Source: an uncultured delta proteobacterium
GTDB lineage: Bacteria > Desulfobacterota > Binatia > Binatales > Binataceae
Direction: 5' to 3'
Assembly: GCA_963842085.1 (NCBI GenBank)
Contig: CAWJET010000001.1
Span: 192,001-256,000, forward strand
Length of the DNA: 64,000 nt
Part shown: positions 45,675 through 54,935 of the stretch, one piece after another
Position numbering within the stretch: the stretch's first letter is position 1
How the letters are laid out: every line of letters begins with the position of its first letter
Translations under genes and position numbers: made by a program
Notes under the pieces: model-generated
The model's database searches: none
What the model saw: only the letters and a program-made list of their open reading frames with translations
What the model was told of the DNA's origin: nothing

Positions 45675-46396
45675 GGCATCTTCCGTATTGCGACGCGCGC
45701 GGCGTCGAGGTCCGACGCTTCATCCACATCGATCGATCCTTCGATCTCGATCGCGTCCAGCCGCATCCCGCGTTCGATGATCATCGCGAGGAAGCGGCGG
45801 AGCGCGTCGAGTCCGGTGCGGCGCGCGTCAGCGGCGTAGTCGAAAACTCTGGACGACAGGAAATAGAGCCCTGCCGTCACCATAGAAGTCTGACGGTTGC
45901 CCAGCCGCAGGATCAACCCATTCTCTGTTACATCGGCGTAAAGCGGCTTGGCCTCGCCGCGCCATCGCGTGACGGCGAGCACACCGGCCAGATTTTTGTC
46001 GCCACAATCCTCGATTTTCCGCCGCGACTCATTAACAAAACGCGCCAATTCCGCCTGCGGAATTACAGCGTCCACCGTCGCCGCGATAAACCATCCCGGC
46101 TGCAGCACCTCGCCAAGCGCCAGCATCGTTTCCATCGAATTGGCGGTGTCGCGAACGACGAGCCTGACCGACGGCGGAACCGCGAGCGCCATTTCGCCCG
46201 CGATACGCGCCGTCTCGGAGTTGATCACCGCGACGACCGAGTCGGCGCCCGCCTCCAGCAGCGCGCGCGCCTGCCGCGAGAGCATCGCCTCGCCGCCGAG
46301 CTTGACGAGCGGCTTGGGAATATCGTCGCGCGTCGAGACGCGCAGCCGGTCGCCGCGGCCGGCGGCAATAATCGCTCCTTGCAATCCCGTCACCAT
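45671..46396 (-). CDS. Nucleotidyltransferase (NTP transferase family)
   Basis: IIAAGRGDRL..PKPLV, DVDEASD. Confidence 0.85.
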   Translation of the reverse strand: MVTGLQGAIIAAGRGDRLRVSTRDDIPKPLVKLGGEAMLSRQARALLEAGADSVVAVINSETARIAGEMALAVPPSVRLVVRDTANSMETMLALGEVLQPGWFIAATVDAVIPQAELARFVNESRRKIEDCGDKNLAGVLAVTRWRGEAKPLYADVTENGLILRLGNRQTSMVTAGLYFLSSRVFDYAADARRTGLDALRRFLAMIIERGMRLDAIEIEGSIDVDEASDLDAARVAIRKMP

Positions 46397-47118
46397 TGGA
46401 TTTGCGCAACCTCGTCGATCGATCGGATCGTGATGTCGGCCACACTCTCATCGTCGGCGTGTTGCGGGCTGGTGCTCAACCAGACCGTGCGCATTCCAAG
46501 TTTGCGCGCGGGTGCGCAATCCTTGGCGAGCGAATCGCCGATCATCGCGATCGATTCGGGCGCACATTGTAATTTTTTCAAAGCGGCTTCGAAGATGCCG
46601 GCCTCGGGTTTGAAAATTCCGACGCGCGAAGAGTCGGTCACCACCGCGAAGAACCGATCCATCTTCGCCTCTTCCAGGACGCGGTCGAGATTTCCGTAGA
46701 AGTTCGAGACGATGCCCAGCTTGAAGCGGCTTCTGAGCGGACCGACGACCTCGCGGCTGTGCGCGAGACCCACCGACGTCTCGCGGACAAAGGAGTTCGT
46801 GACACCCTCGACGAATCGATGGCGTCCGGCGGCGCCGGAATCGTCGAGCATCGCGCGAAGCGGGTCCGGCCCACTTTTCCGCAGGTATTCGAATTGATGG
46901 CCGACGAGGAATCGCGCCAGGTCCGTCATCCCGAAGCGCCCCACAACCCTCGTTGCGCCGTAGCCGATTCGCGTCGCGTGCTCGAAGGCCGGGTCGAGCT
47001 CGGCGCGCGAAATTCCGATGCCGACAGCACGGTAGCCGGCGAGGAACCGATCGAGCCAATGCGCAGGCCCGTCGAGCGTGCCGCCGAAATCGAATAGCAG
47101 AGCGGTGACCGTGGCCAT
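46390..47118 (-). CDS. HAD family hydrolase
   Basis: FDFGGTLD, IVSNFYGN, KPEAGIF, MIGDS..KD. Confidence 0.88.
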   Translation of the reverse strand: MATVTALLFDFGGTLDGPAHWLDRFLAGYRAVGIGISRAELDPAFEHATRIGYGATRVVGRFGMTDLARFLVGHQFEYLRKSGPDPLRAMLDDSGAAGRHRFVEGVTNSFVRETSVGLAHSREVVGPLRSRFKLGIVSNFYGNLDRVLEEAKMDRFFAVVTDSSRVGIFKPEAGIFEAALKKLQCAPESIAMIGDSLAKDCAPARKLGMRTVWLSTSPQHADDESVADITIRSIDEVAQIQW

Positions 47119-47363
47119 GAAACGGCCAGTTTACCAGTCGCGGTGAGCAGCCTCTAGTTCAGGCTCGATCAACATGGCTTAATTGAAAGCAGAGCGATCT
47201 CGGAGGCAATGTGCTTCAAAGAACCGATGAAAAACGCTTTATACAACAGCCGAACTCATAATTGAGGGCCGAAGTTAGTAGCAAGGCTACTTCCGCTAGG
47301 GTTACTGCTGTGTTACGGTGACGCGGATCGCAGACGACGGGGAAACCGGGTTTTAATATAAGA

Positions 47364-48551
47364 TTGGTGATCGAAACTGCTCTAATCGCTGCACCCGACC
47401 GCGCCAGCAACGCGGTCTTCGGCCGTCCGCTGTTAGAGCGGCTGATGATTAATTGCGAGCGCGCCGGGATTAAACGCTTTGTCGTCGCGGCGCCGCGCGC
47501 GCAGTATGCAGAAGTCGCGCGCGCGATGGGCCGGTACAAAGATAGCGACACGGTCTCGATGGTAGAATCGTTGGCTGAGATTCTGAACCATCGGAATGCG
47601 CAGGAATTAGGCATCGATCCGTCGTCGCCCTGCGTGTTCTTTTCGGGAAACCTGGTATTTGCAAAGTCGCACCTGGCGCGAATCCTCGACGCCCACGCCT
47701 CCAATCCGAAGTCGGTACACCGGGCAGTCAGCACCGACGGTGACCGGGGCGGCGAAATCGCGACCGGCCCGGTCGGCGAGCTTCTGAAGAGTGGGGGAAT
47801 ATCGAACACGGTGGCGGCGCCTGCCCCGAGCCTGCTGCCGTTCGCGTTGAACGGACGGCCCGAGGATCGCGAGGAAGCGGAACTGCGGCTGGCGAAATCG
47901 GTTCGCGAGGAATCGGCGCACAAGGACGCGCCGATGGCGCGATGGGTAGACCGGCGGATTTCGTGGCGCATCAGCTACTGGCTCGCAGTGCATACGCGCG
48001 TCACGCCGAACATGGTGACGGTCGCCAACACAATGTTAGGGCTGTCGTGCGCGTGGATGTTCTCGGTTCCTAACTACTGGATGCGGCTGTTCACGGCGAT
48101 TTTCTTTTTGATCTCGATAACGATCGATGGCGTCGATGGCGAACTGGCGCGGCTCAAAATGGTCGAGAGCGAGTTCGGCGGCACGCTCGACGTGGTCACC
48201 GACAATATTGTGCACGTGGCGGTGTTCGTCGGACTGCTGGTCGGATGCTACCGCGTCGAGCACAGTCGCGCTTACCTGTACCTGATTCCGATCCTGCTCG
48301 GCGGATTTGCGGCCTGCGCTTACGCCACGTGGCGCGCCTTCAAGGTAAAGGGCAAGCAGGCGGCACAATGGCTGGACAAAATCGATCGATGGAGCGGGCG
48401 CGATTTCGCCTACCTGCTCGTGGTATTGGCCTTAATCAATCGGCTAGAGTACTTCGCCTGGGGAACGGCATTCGGTACTTACGTGTTTGCCCTGGTGCTG
48501 ATATGGATTACCGGCCGGACCGCATCGTCAATGACGCCTGAGAGCCTGTAG
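47364..48551 (+). CDS. CDP-alcohol phosphotransferase with degenerate N-terminal NTP-transferase-like domain
   Basis: TPNMVT; signature DGVDGELARLKMVESEFGGTLDVVTD; several TMs; N-terminal FGRPLLERL..AGIKRFVV. Confidence 0.85.
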   Translation: MVIETALIAAPDRASNAVFGRPLLERLMINCERAGIKRFVVAAPRAQYAEVARAMGRYKDSDTVSMVESLAEILNHRNAQELGIDPSSPCVFFSGNLVFAKSHLARILDAHASNPKSVHRAVSTDGDRGGEIATGPVGELLKSGGISNTVAAPAPSLLPFALNGRPEDREEAELRLAKSVREESAHKDAPMARWVDRRISWRISYWLAVHTRVTPNMVTVANTMLGLSCAWMFSVPNYWMRLFTAIFFLISITIDGVDGELARLKMVESEFGGTLDVVTDNIVHVAVFVGLLVGCYRVEHSRAYLYLIPILLGGFAACAYATWRAFKVKGKQAAQWLDKIDRWSGRDFAYLLVVLALINRLEYFAWGTAFGTYVFALVLIWITGRTASSMTPESL

Positions 48552-48583
48552 GAAGGAACCGCGGCCTTGCAGGCGGAGGAAGT

Positions 48584-49915
48584 ATGAACGGCAAGAAGCC
48601 CCGAATTCTGTTGGTGCAACCGACGACCGTCCATCTCGACGGCACCCCGCACAAGACGCGCTGGCGGCTGATCATGGGGCTGATGATTCCGCTGATGGCG
48701 GGACTGACGCCTGACGAATACGACGTGACGCTGTGCGACGAGCGCCTCGAGGACATCAACTTCGACGGCGGATGGGACCTGGTCGGCATGACCACGACCA
48801 TCGGCGCGTCGCTGCGCGCGTACCAGCTCGGCGACGAGTTCCGTAAACGCGGGATCCCGGTCGTGTTCGGCGGATTCCATGCGACGCTGCAGACCGAAGA
48901 GGCGCTGCATCATTGCGACGCGGTCGTGCAAGGCGAGGCCGACCTGGTGTGGCCCGAACTGCTGCAGGACTGGCGCGACGGCAAGCTCAAGCACATTTAC
49001 AAGGCCGACAAGCTGCACGACCTGAAGAACCTGCCACGCCCGCGCCACGAGCTGCTCAAGCTCAATCGCTACCTGTTCAAAGCGGTGCCGGTGCAGGCGA
49101 GCCGCGGATGCCCCTATCGATGTTCGTTCTGCGAGATTCCTGTGTTCTACGAGGGCGCCTATCGGACGCGGCCGATCGAGGACATCGTCGAGGAGATCAA
49201 GCAGGTCATGAAGGTGACCGGCTTCAAGCGCTTTCAGTTCATCGACGATCAGATCACCGGCAAGCACAAGTTCGCGCGCGAGTTGTTCAAGGCGCTCGAA
49301 CCGCTCAACATCCGCTTCTCGTGCCTGTGGACGATCAACTCGAATCACGACGATGATTTGCTCGAGCTTGCGGCCAAGGCGGGCATCTTCCACGTCAACA
49401 TCGGAGTGGAATCGATCAGCCAGGAAAGCCTGCTGTCGATGAACAAGATTCAGAATCACGCCGGGCAGTACAAGAAGCTGCTCAAGAAGCTCGAAAAATA
49501 CGGGATCTACTACTCGCTCAACTTCCTGTTCGGGCTGGAAGAGGATCATCCGGGAATTTTCGACGACACACTGAAGTTCCTGCATGAGGTCAAGGCGCCC
49601 GAGGCCTTCTTCAACACGGTGACGCCGCGCGTCGGCACGCCGATGCGCACGCAGCTCGAGAACGAGGGCCGCGTGATAATCCCCGACGCCGACCTCTACA
49701 CCAACAACTTCCGTTGCATGTTCGTGCCCAAGAACATGTCGCCGCAGGAAGTCGAGGAAGGCGTGTGGCGCTGCACCAAGGAGTTCTACTCGCTCAAGTC
49801 GATGTTCAAGCGGCTGCTGATGCCGCCGGGAAAGTTCACCTGGCAAGGACTGACTGAGAACATGCTCTTCTACTGGGGCGCGAAGCGGCAAATCGATCCG
49901 GTTGATTACTATTAG
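48584..49915 (+). CDS. Cobalamin-binding radical SAM protein (uncharacterised)
   Basis: B12-binding domain (DLVGMT, VVFGGFHAT, VQGEAD), SRGCPYRCSFC, FIDD, IGVES. Confidence 0.9.
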   Translation: MNGKKPRILLVQPTTVHLDGTPHKTRWRLIMGLMIPLMAGLTPDEYDVTLCDERLEDINFDGGWDLVGMTTTIGASLRAYQLGDEFRKRGIPVVFGGFHATLQTEEALHHCDAVVQGEADLVWPELLQDWRDGKLKHIYKADKLHDLKNLPRPRHELLKLNRYLFKAVPVQASRGCPYRCSFCEIPVFYEGAYRTRPIEDIVEEIKQVMKVTGFKRFQFIDDQITGKHKFARELFKALEPLNIRFSCLWTINSNHDDDLLELAAKAGIFHVNIGVESISQESLLSMNKIQNHAGQYKKLLKKLEKYGIYYSLNFLFGLEEDHPGIFDDTLKFLHEVKAPEAFFNTVTPRVGTPMRTQLENEGRVIIPDADLYTNNFRCMFVPKNMSPQEVEEGVWRCTKEFYSLKSMFKRLLMPPGKFTWQGLTENMLFYWGAKRQIDPVDYY

Positions 49916-49927
49916 GCCAGCCCGGAT

Positions 49928-50242
49928 TTGATCCTAAAGACTCTCGCGGTGCTGGTGCTTGCCGCGGTGCTCGAGGTGGGCGGCGATGCGCTGGTCCGGA
50001 TAGGGCTGCATACCTACGGCTACCCGCTTGCAGCAGGCGCGTTCGCGCTTTTCGCCTACGGCATCCTGGTCAATCAAGGCGGCGTCGATTTCAATCGCCT
50101 GATGGGAATCTACATCGCAGTTTTCTTCGTAGTGTCGCAGGCGATCTCACTCATTCTCTTCAAGCAGGTCCCCGACGATAGAATCCTGCTCGGCGGCGGC
50201 TTCATCGTAGCCGGCGGCCTGGTGATTCTGCTGATGACGTGA
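49928..50242 (+). CDS. Small multi-TM membrane protein (SMR/YnfA-like)
   Basis: AAVLEVGGDALVR, four hydrophobic segments, FNRLMGIYIAVFF. Confidence 0.75.
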   Translation: MILKTLAVLVLAAVLEVGGDALVRIGLHTYGYPLAAGAFALFAYGILVNQGGVDFNRLMGIYIAVFFVVSQAISLILFKQVPDDRILLGGGFIVAGGLVILLMT

Positions 50243-50371
50243 GTCGGCGCGCCGTCACGCGGCTGTAGCAGCAGCAGTAGAGCAGCAGGTTGCCCGATCA
50301 GGCGCGTCTTGCCGACGCGGGCGGCGATGGCGGTTAGGATCGGACGATTGAAAGAGTCAATTCCGCGTCGA

Positions 50372-51223
50372 TCAGTTGGTGGCTTGCAGGACGTTGGCCG
50401 GCACCGTCATCGTGACCTGCAGGCGTTTGCCGTTGCGCACGACGCTGAGGTAGACCAGTTCGCCCGGCTGAAGGTCGCGCATGCAATCCTGGAAGTCGAG
50501 AAAGTTGGTCACGCGGGAGCCGTCGACGCCGATGATCATGTCGTAGCTCTCGCCGACCTGCATGTAGTCCAGCGCGGGAATGACCACCACCGACAAGCCG
50601 CCGGAGAAAACCGCTCCCACCATCGCAGCCGCCGCGAGCGCGTCGTGGACGGTATGGCTGTAGGGCTGCAAGCCGGCGGCGGCGGCCGGGCTGCCTTTCG
50701 CGACGGCCGTGATCAGCAGGCCGTCCGCGTCCTCGCCGGATTTGAGCGTGCGCTTCGCTTCGCGCAATTGCATTCCGAACGGAGTCGAAAGCTCGCCCTC
50801 GCTGTCGAACTCCTGCAAGGCCCTGAGCTGCTCCGGCGGCATCCCGCTCTGCTCCTCCTGGTAACGCGCGATTTCATCGCGGTCGTCGGCGGGCTGCGAA
50901 TCCGTGGGGCTCGGCGGCTGCTGCGACGCGCCGGCAGGATTGGGGGGCTGAATCTCGACAGCGCCGGGCTGCGTGGCGTCCATGTCAGGCGGGGTCGGAA
51001 CCATGTTCGACGGACCACCGGTTGTGGCGGAATCGGCAGATGGCGCGGCCACCGTGCGCGGAGGCGCGGGTGCGGCGACTTCTGCGATCGGTGCGCCAGC
51101 GGCGGGTGCCGCGGCCGGGCTTGCAGCGGCGGCAGATGCGGCGGCGGTCTTCCATGTCGCAGTGGCGGCGGTGTCGGCGGACTGGGCGGCAGCGAGCGCG
51201 CTTGCGATCAGAACCAGCGTCAT
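50372..51223 (-). CDS. Exported PDZ-domain protein with Ala/Pro-rich linker
   Basis: Signal-like N-terminus, GLLITAVAKGSPAAAAGLQ, DMIIGVDG, VVRNGK; start uncertain. Confidence 0.75.
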   Translation of the reverse strand: MTLVLIASALAAAQSADTAATATWKTAAASAAAASPAAAPAAGAPIAEVAAPAPPRTVAAPSADSATTGGPSNMVPTPPDMDATQPGAVEIQPPNPAGASQQPPSPTDSQPADDRDEIARYQEEQSGMPPEQLRALQEFDSEGELSTPFGMQLREAKRTLKSGEDADGLLITAVAKGSPAAAAGLQPYSHTVHDALAAAAMVGAVFSGGLSVVVIPALDYMQVGESYDMIIGVDGSRVTNFLDFQDCMRDLQPGELVYLSVVRNGKRLQVTMTVPANVLQATN

Positions 51224-51266
51224 CGCGGCGAGCGATGCGCCCAAAGCGCGAGGCGCGCGCGCTCTG

Positions 51267-52145
51267 CTAGTTAAGTCTCCAGTGCTTTTCATGCTCCACC
51301 ACGCGGCCCTCTCGCTCGAGCTTTCGCAGGTGAGAGCGGACCGAGCTTGCCGCCGCCGGATGCAGATACTCGGGAACATCGGTGTATATCTTCTTCACGA
51401 TCGCCATCGCGTCGAGCGGTCCGGCGCCGTCCGAGAGCGCCTCGAGCACCTGGCGCTCGCGCAATTCGCGATGAGCGATATATTCACCGATCTTCTCTTT
51501 CGGATTGCGGATGACCGGACCGTGAGCCGGGTAAATCGTCTCGAGATCGAGCGCGAGCAGGCGCCGGAGCGAATCCATGTACTCGCCCAAATCGCCAGTA
51601 TCGTCGGGAATGACTGTAGTACCTGCGCCCAGCACGACATCCCCCGTGAACAGCGCGCGCTCTTCTTCAAGATAGTAGCACAAGTGATCGGGCGCGTGCC
51701 CAGGAGTAAAAACCGCACGCAGGGTGGCGCCTTCGGTGTGCACGACGGCATCGTGGCCGATCGCGGAAATCGCGCCGGCGGGAGCGTCGTGGCCCTCCCA
51801 CGGCATCTTCAGCACTTCCATCTCGCCGAATCGCTCGGTGACCTGCTTCACGCCTCCCAGGTGATCGACATGCGCATGTGTCAGGACAATTCGTTCGAGT
51901 TCGCTGCTGCCGGAGAGTTCTTTGAGCGCGGCTTGGAGCAGGTCGGCGTAAATCGCGACGCCCTGGCCCGTGTCGAGCAAGATCGGGCGCTTCGAGGTGC
52001 CGACGATATAAGTGTTCGTGCCGGGTCCGGTGAAGGGACTCGGATTCTGGCCGAGCACGGTGGCGACGCGCGGCGTGATCCGCGAGTAATCCGGCATCTT
52101 GAGACCGATCATCGAATCGGTCACGACCCGCCGCTGCTTGCTCAT
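51267..52145 (-). CDS. MBL-fold metallohydrolase (LACTB2-like)
   Basis: NPSPFTGPGTNTY, THAHVDH, TPGHAPDH, FTGD, YPAHG. Confidence 0.92.
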   Translation of the reverse strand: MSKQRRVVTDSMIGLKMPDYSRITPRVATVLGQNPSPFTGPGTNTYIVGTSKRPILLDTGQGVAIYADLLQAALKELSGSSELERIVLTHAHVDHLGGVKQVTERFGEMEVLKMPWEGHDAPAGAISAIGHDAVVHTEGATLRAVFTPGHAPDHLCYYLEEERALFTGDVVLGAGTTVIPDDTGDLGEYMDSLRRLLALDLETIYPAHGPVIRNPKEKIGEYIAHRELRERQVLEALSDGAGPLDAMAIVKKIYTDVPEYLHPAAASSVRSHLRKLEREGRVVEHEKHWRLN

Positions 52146-52161
52146 CAGACGTCCCTCAGAA

Positions 52162-52932
52162 CTAGCGCCGGTTACGCTCAAAAATCAGCCGCAGTCCCTT
52201 TAATGTCAGAAACTCGTCCACTTCTTCAATCGTTTCGCTCTCGGGCGCAATCAGGTCGGCGAGCCCGCCGGTCGCGATGACGCGCGCCTTCTCGCCGCGC
52301 TCCTTCAGGATGCGCGCGACCAGTCCATCGACCAGCGCGGTGTAGCCGAAGATCAGCCCCGACTGAATCGAGCCGACCGTCGTGCGGCCCACGGCCTCGC
52401 GCGGGCGCACCAGCTCGACCCGATACAGCTTGGCGGCGTGCTCGATCAGCGCGTTCATCGAGACCCCGAGGCCGGGTGCGATCGCGCCGCCGGCGTATTC
52501 GCCCTTGCCGGTCACGTAGTCAAACGTGGTGGCGGTGCCGAAATCGACGACGATCGTTGCGCACGCGTAACGCTCGTAGGCGGCAACCGCGTTTACGATT
52601 CGGTCGGCACCTACTTCCTTCGGATTCTCGTAGAGGATCGGCATCCCGGTTTTGATCCCAGGGCCCACCATCAGCGGCACACAATGGAAATAGCGCTCGG
52701 CTAGTTGCTCCATCACCTGGTTCAGGGGAGGAACCACGCAGGCGATCGAAACTCCCTCAGGCCTGAGGCCGCCCACGAGGCCGGCGCCCGCAAGGAGAGT
52801 GTTGAGGAGCGCGCCGTGCTCGTCGGTGGTGCGATCGGGAATGGTCGAGATGCGCCAATGATTGCGCAGGCGCTCGCCTTCGTAGATTCCAATCACGGTA
52901 TGGCTGTTGCCAACGTCAATCGCTATCAGCAT
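52162..52932 (-). CDS. coaX: Type III pantothenate kinase
   Basis: IDVGNS, EVGADR, VDFGTATT, GGAIAPG, IATGG, LTLKGL. Confidence 0.95.
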   Translation of the reverse strand: MLIAIDVGNSHTVIGIYEGERLRNHWRISTIPDRTTDEHGALLNTLLAGAGLVGGLRPEGVSIACVVPPLNQVMEQLAERYFHCVPLMVGPGIKTGMPILYENPKEVGADRIVNAVAAYERYACATIVVDFGTATTFDYVTGKGEYAGGAIAPGLGVSMNALIEHAAKLYRVELVRPREAVGRTTVGSIQSGLIFGYTALVDGLVARILKERGEKARVIATGGLADLIAPESETIEEVDEFLTLKGLRLIFERNRR

Positions 52933-53033
52933 GACAAAATTCCCGCTCCGGCCAGCGTCGGCAACTGCGACGCGATCGGGCAAAGATAATAGCGCGCCGG
53001 CCAGGATTAAACGAAACGGCTGGCGCGGCGCCG

Positions 53034-53693
53034 TTAGTGATGGAATCCGAACGACGGAGCCGACATCATCATCGGCATCATCGGGCTGCCCGCCGGGCGG
53101 CCGAACGCGGACATCGAAGGCGGCATCATCCACGGGCCGGGGTTCAGCGGCGGGCGCGCGGCGCGGGTCAGCGGACTGCTCATCGGCACGTACGCTGATG
53201 CGGGAAGCGGCGAGGGTCGGTTCATCGTTCCCACAACGGTGGCCGGGTAAGGATACAACGGGTACGGAAATGCGTAAGCCTGCTGGTTCTGGTAATCGTC
53301 GATCGTGCCCCAGTCCTGGTTGGGCCCGGCATTGCTGGCAGTGTCGTCATCGAGCGTCGGCGGCGGCGCACCCGGCGAGGAAGCGTTGATGGCCTGGCCG
53401 TCGTCGTCGTTGGCATTTGCGCCGGTGCCGTCGCATGTATCGGGTGCGCCGTCCTTGGCGCACGTCACCTGGGGAATCTCCAGGACCTTGTCGGCTGTGT
53501 CCGCGTCTTCGTCGATGGCAGGGCCGGTGCGTTCCCAATCTGCGTCGGCGCCCGCGGCTGCGGGCGCAGAGGAATCGGCGTCTGCGCTGACGGCGGCATC
53601 CTGCGAAAACGCTGCGCGCACGTTCACAAAGACGGTTATCGCAAGCGCCGCGAAAACTGCGACGATCATTCGCCCCGGCTGCATGCCGCTCAT
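53034..53693 (-). CDS. Hypothetical exported protein (acidic N-terminal part, Pro/Met-rich C-terminal part)
   Basis: Signal-peptide-like start, low-complexity sequence, one Cys pair. Confidence 0.65.
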   Translation of the reverse strand: MSGMQPGRMIVAVFAALAITVFVNVRAAFSQDAAVSADADSSAPAAAGADADWERTGPAIDEDADTADKVLEIPQVTCAKDGAPDTCDGTGANANDDDGQAINASSPGAPPPTLDDDTASNAGPNQDWGTIDDYQNQQAYAFPYPLYPYPATVVGTMNRPSPLPASAYVPMSSPLTRAARPPLNPGPWMMPPSMSAFGRPAGSPMMPMMMSAPSFGFHH

Positions 53694-53792
53694 AATTTGA
53701 GACTACCATTCGATCCGGGAAGCGCCAAGGCGAAATCGCGGGTGCGTGAAGGAGGTTTGCACGCTGGCCGCCAGCGGCTAAGATTCCGCGCT

Positions 53793-54536
53793 ATGCCGGA
53801 AGCAAAAGTCGCATTGGTAACCGGCGCGGGCCGCGGCATCGGCCGCGACATCGCGCTTAGAATGGCGAAGGAAGGGTACGCGGTCGGGCTGATCGCGCGG
53901 ACCAAGTCCCAACTCGACGAAACCGCGGAATTGATTCGCGCGCAAGGCGGCAAAGAGGTGGTGACGCCGACCGACGTCTCGCGCCGCGAGCAGGTAGTCG
54001 CCGCGGTCGAGACGGTCGAGCGCGAGCTCGGACCGATCGCCGTGTTGATCAACAACGCGGGCGCGTACTTGCGCAAGCGCTTCACTGAAATTACCGAAGA
54101 GGATTTCGACTTCCAGCTCAAGGTGAACGCCTACGGACCGTTCTTCTGCACGCAGGCCGTGATCGGCAAGATGGCCGACCGCAAGGCAGGCACGGTGATT
54201 TTCGTGCTGGGCTCGGAGTCGCGCAGCGGACCGGCGCAGTACTCGGCCTACAACGCGTCGAAGCTGGCGCAGCGCGCCATCGCGGAGTCGGTGGCCTACG
54301 AGTTCATGCATCTCGGCGTGCATGCCGCCGCGCTCGATGTCGACGGCGCCGTGGACAGCGCCCGCGTGCGCGAGTCGATGCCCGACGTCGATCCGTCGCA
54401 CTTCGTTCCGCCGTCGGCGATATGCGACGAGATCGTGCACCTGATCAATCAGTCGAAGAGCGCGTGGACATTCCAGGTCGACATGCGATCGTTCGTGCAA
54501 TGGCGTCCGCGCGTCGCGCCAAAGAAGAAGGCCTGA
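53793..54536 (+). CDS. SDR oxidoreductase
   Basis: TGAGRGIG, NNAG, YNASK. Confidence 0.9.
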   Translation: MPEAKVALVTGAGRGIGRDIALRMAKEGYAVGLIARTKSQLDETAELIRAQGGKEVVTPTDVSRREQVVAAVETVERELGPIAVLINNAGAYLRKRFTEITEEDFDFQLKVNAYGPFFCTQAVIGKMADRKAGTVIFVLGSESRSGPAQYSAYNASKLAQRAIAESVAYEFMHLGVHAAALDVDGAVDSARVRESMPDVDPSHFVPPSAICDEIVHLINQSKSAWTFQVDMRSFVQWRPRVAPKKKA

Positions 54537-54935
54537 TCCGGCAAGCGATGAAAAACGCCAATTGAGGGTCTGCGCAAGAGCGCTCGCCAACGCAGGATGC
54601 GACCAACTATTCGCATTTCCATTTCGCCGCGGCCGCGGCCATGGCGGACTTCCGAAGTTGCCGAAACAGGCGGTCCTCCCATCGTAACGCCTTGTTGAAG
54701 TTCTCAAGCGCTTTCAGAACTTCGATGGGCGGTGGCGGTTCGCCGAAACCAGAGTCGAGACTTATCTTGTCGCCCGGCTTGTAGCGTCCAGGATCGGTAT
54801 GGGCCTGACGATGGCATAGTTGGCCTCGAAGGATCGGATCTTTTGTGGTGGCTCGATCAGCCGGCTCCAGCCTTCTTCCCACTTCTTGAATGTGGCTGCC
54901 ATCGATAAGAATCTTACACCCTTGGCAATATTCGG

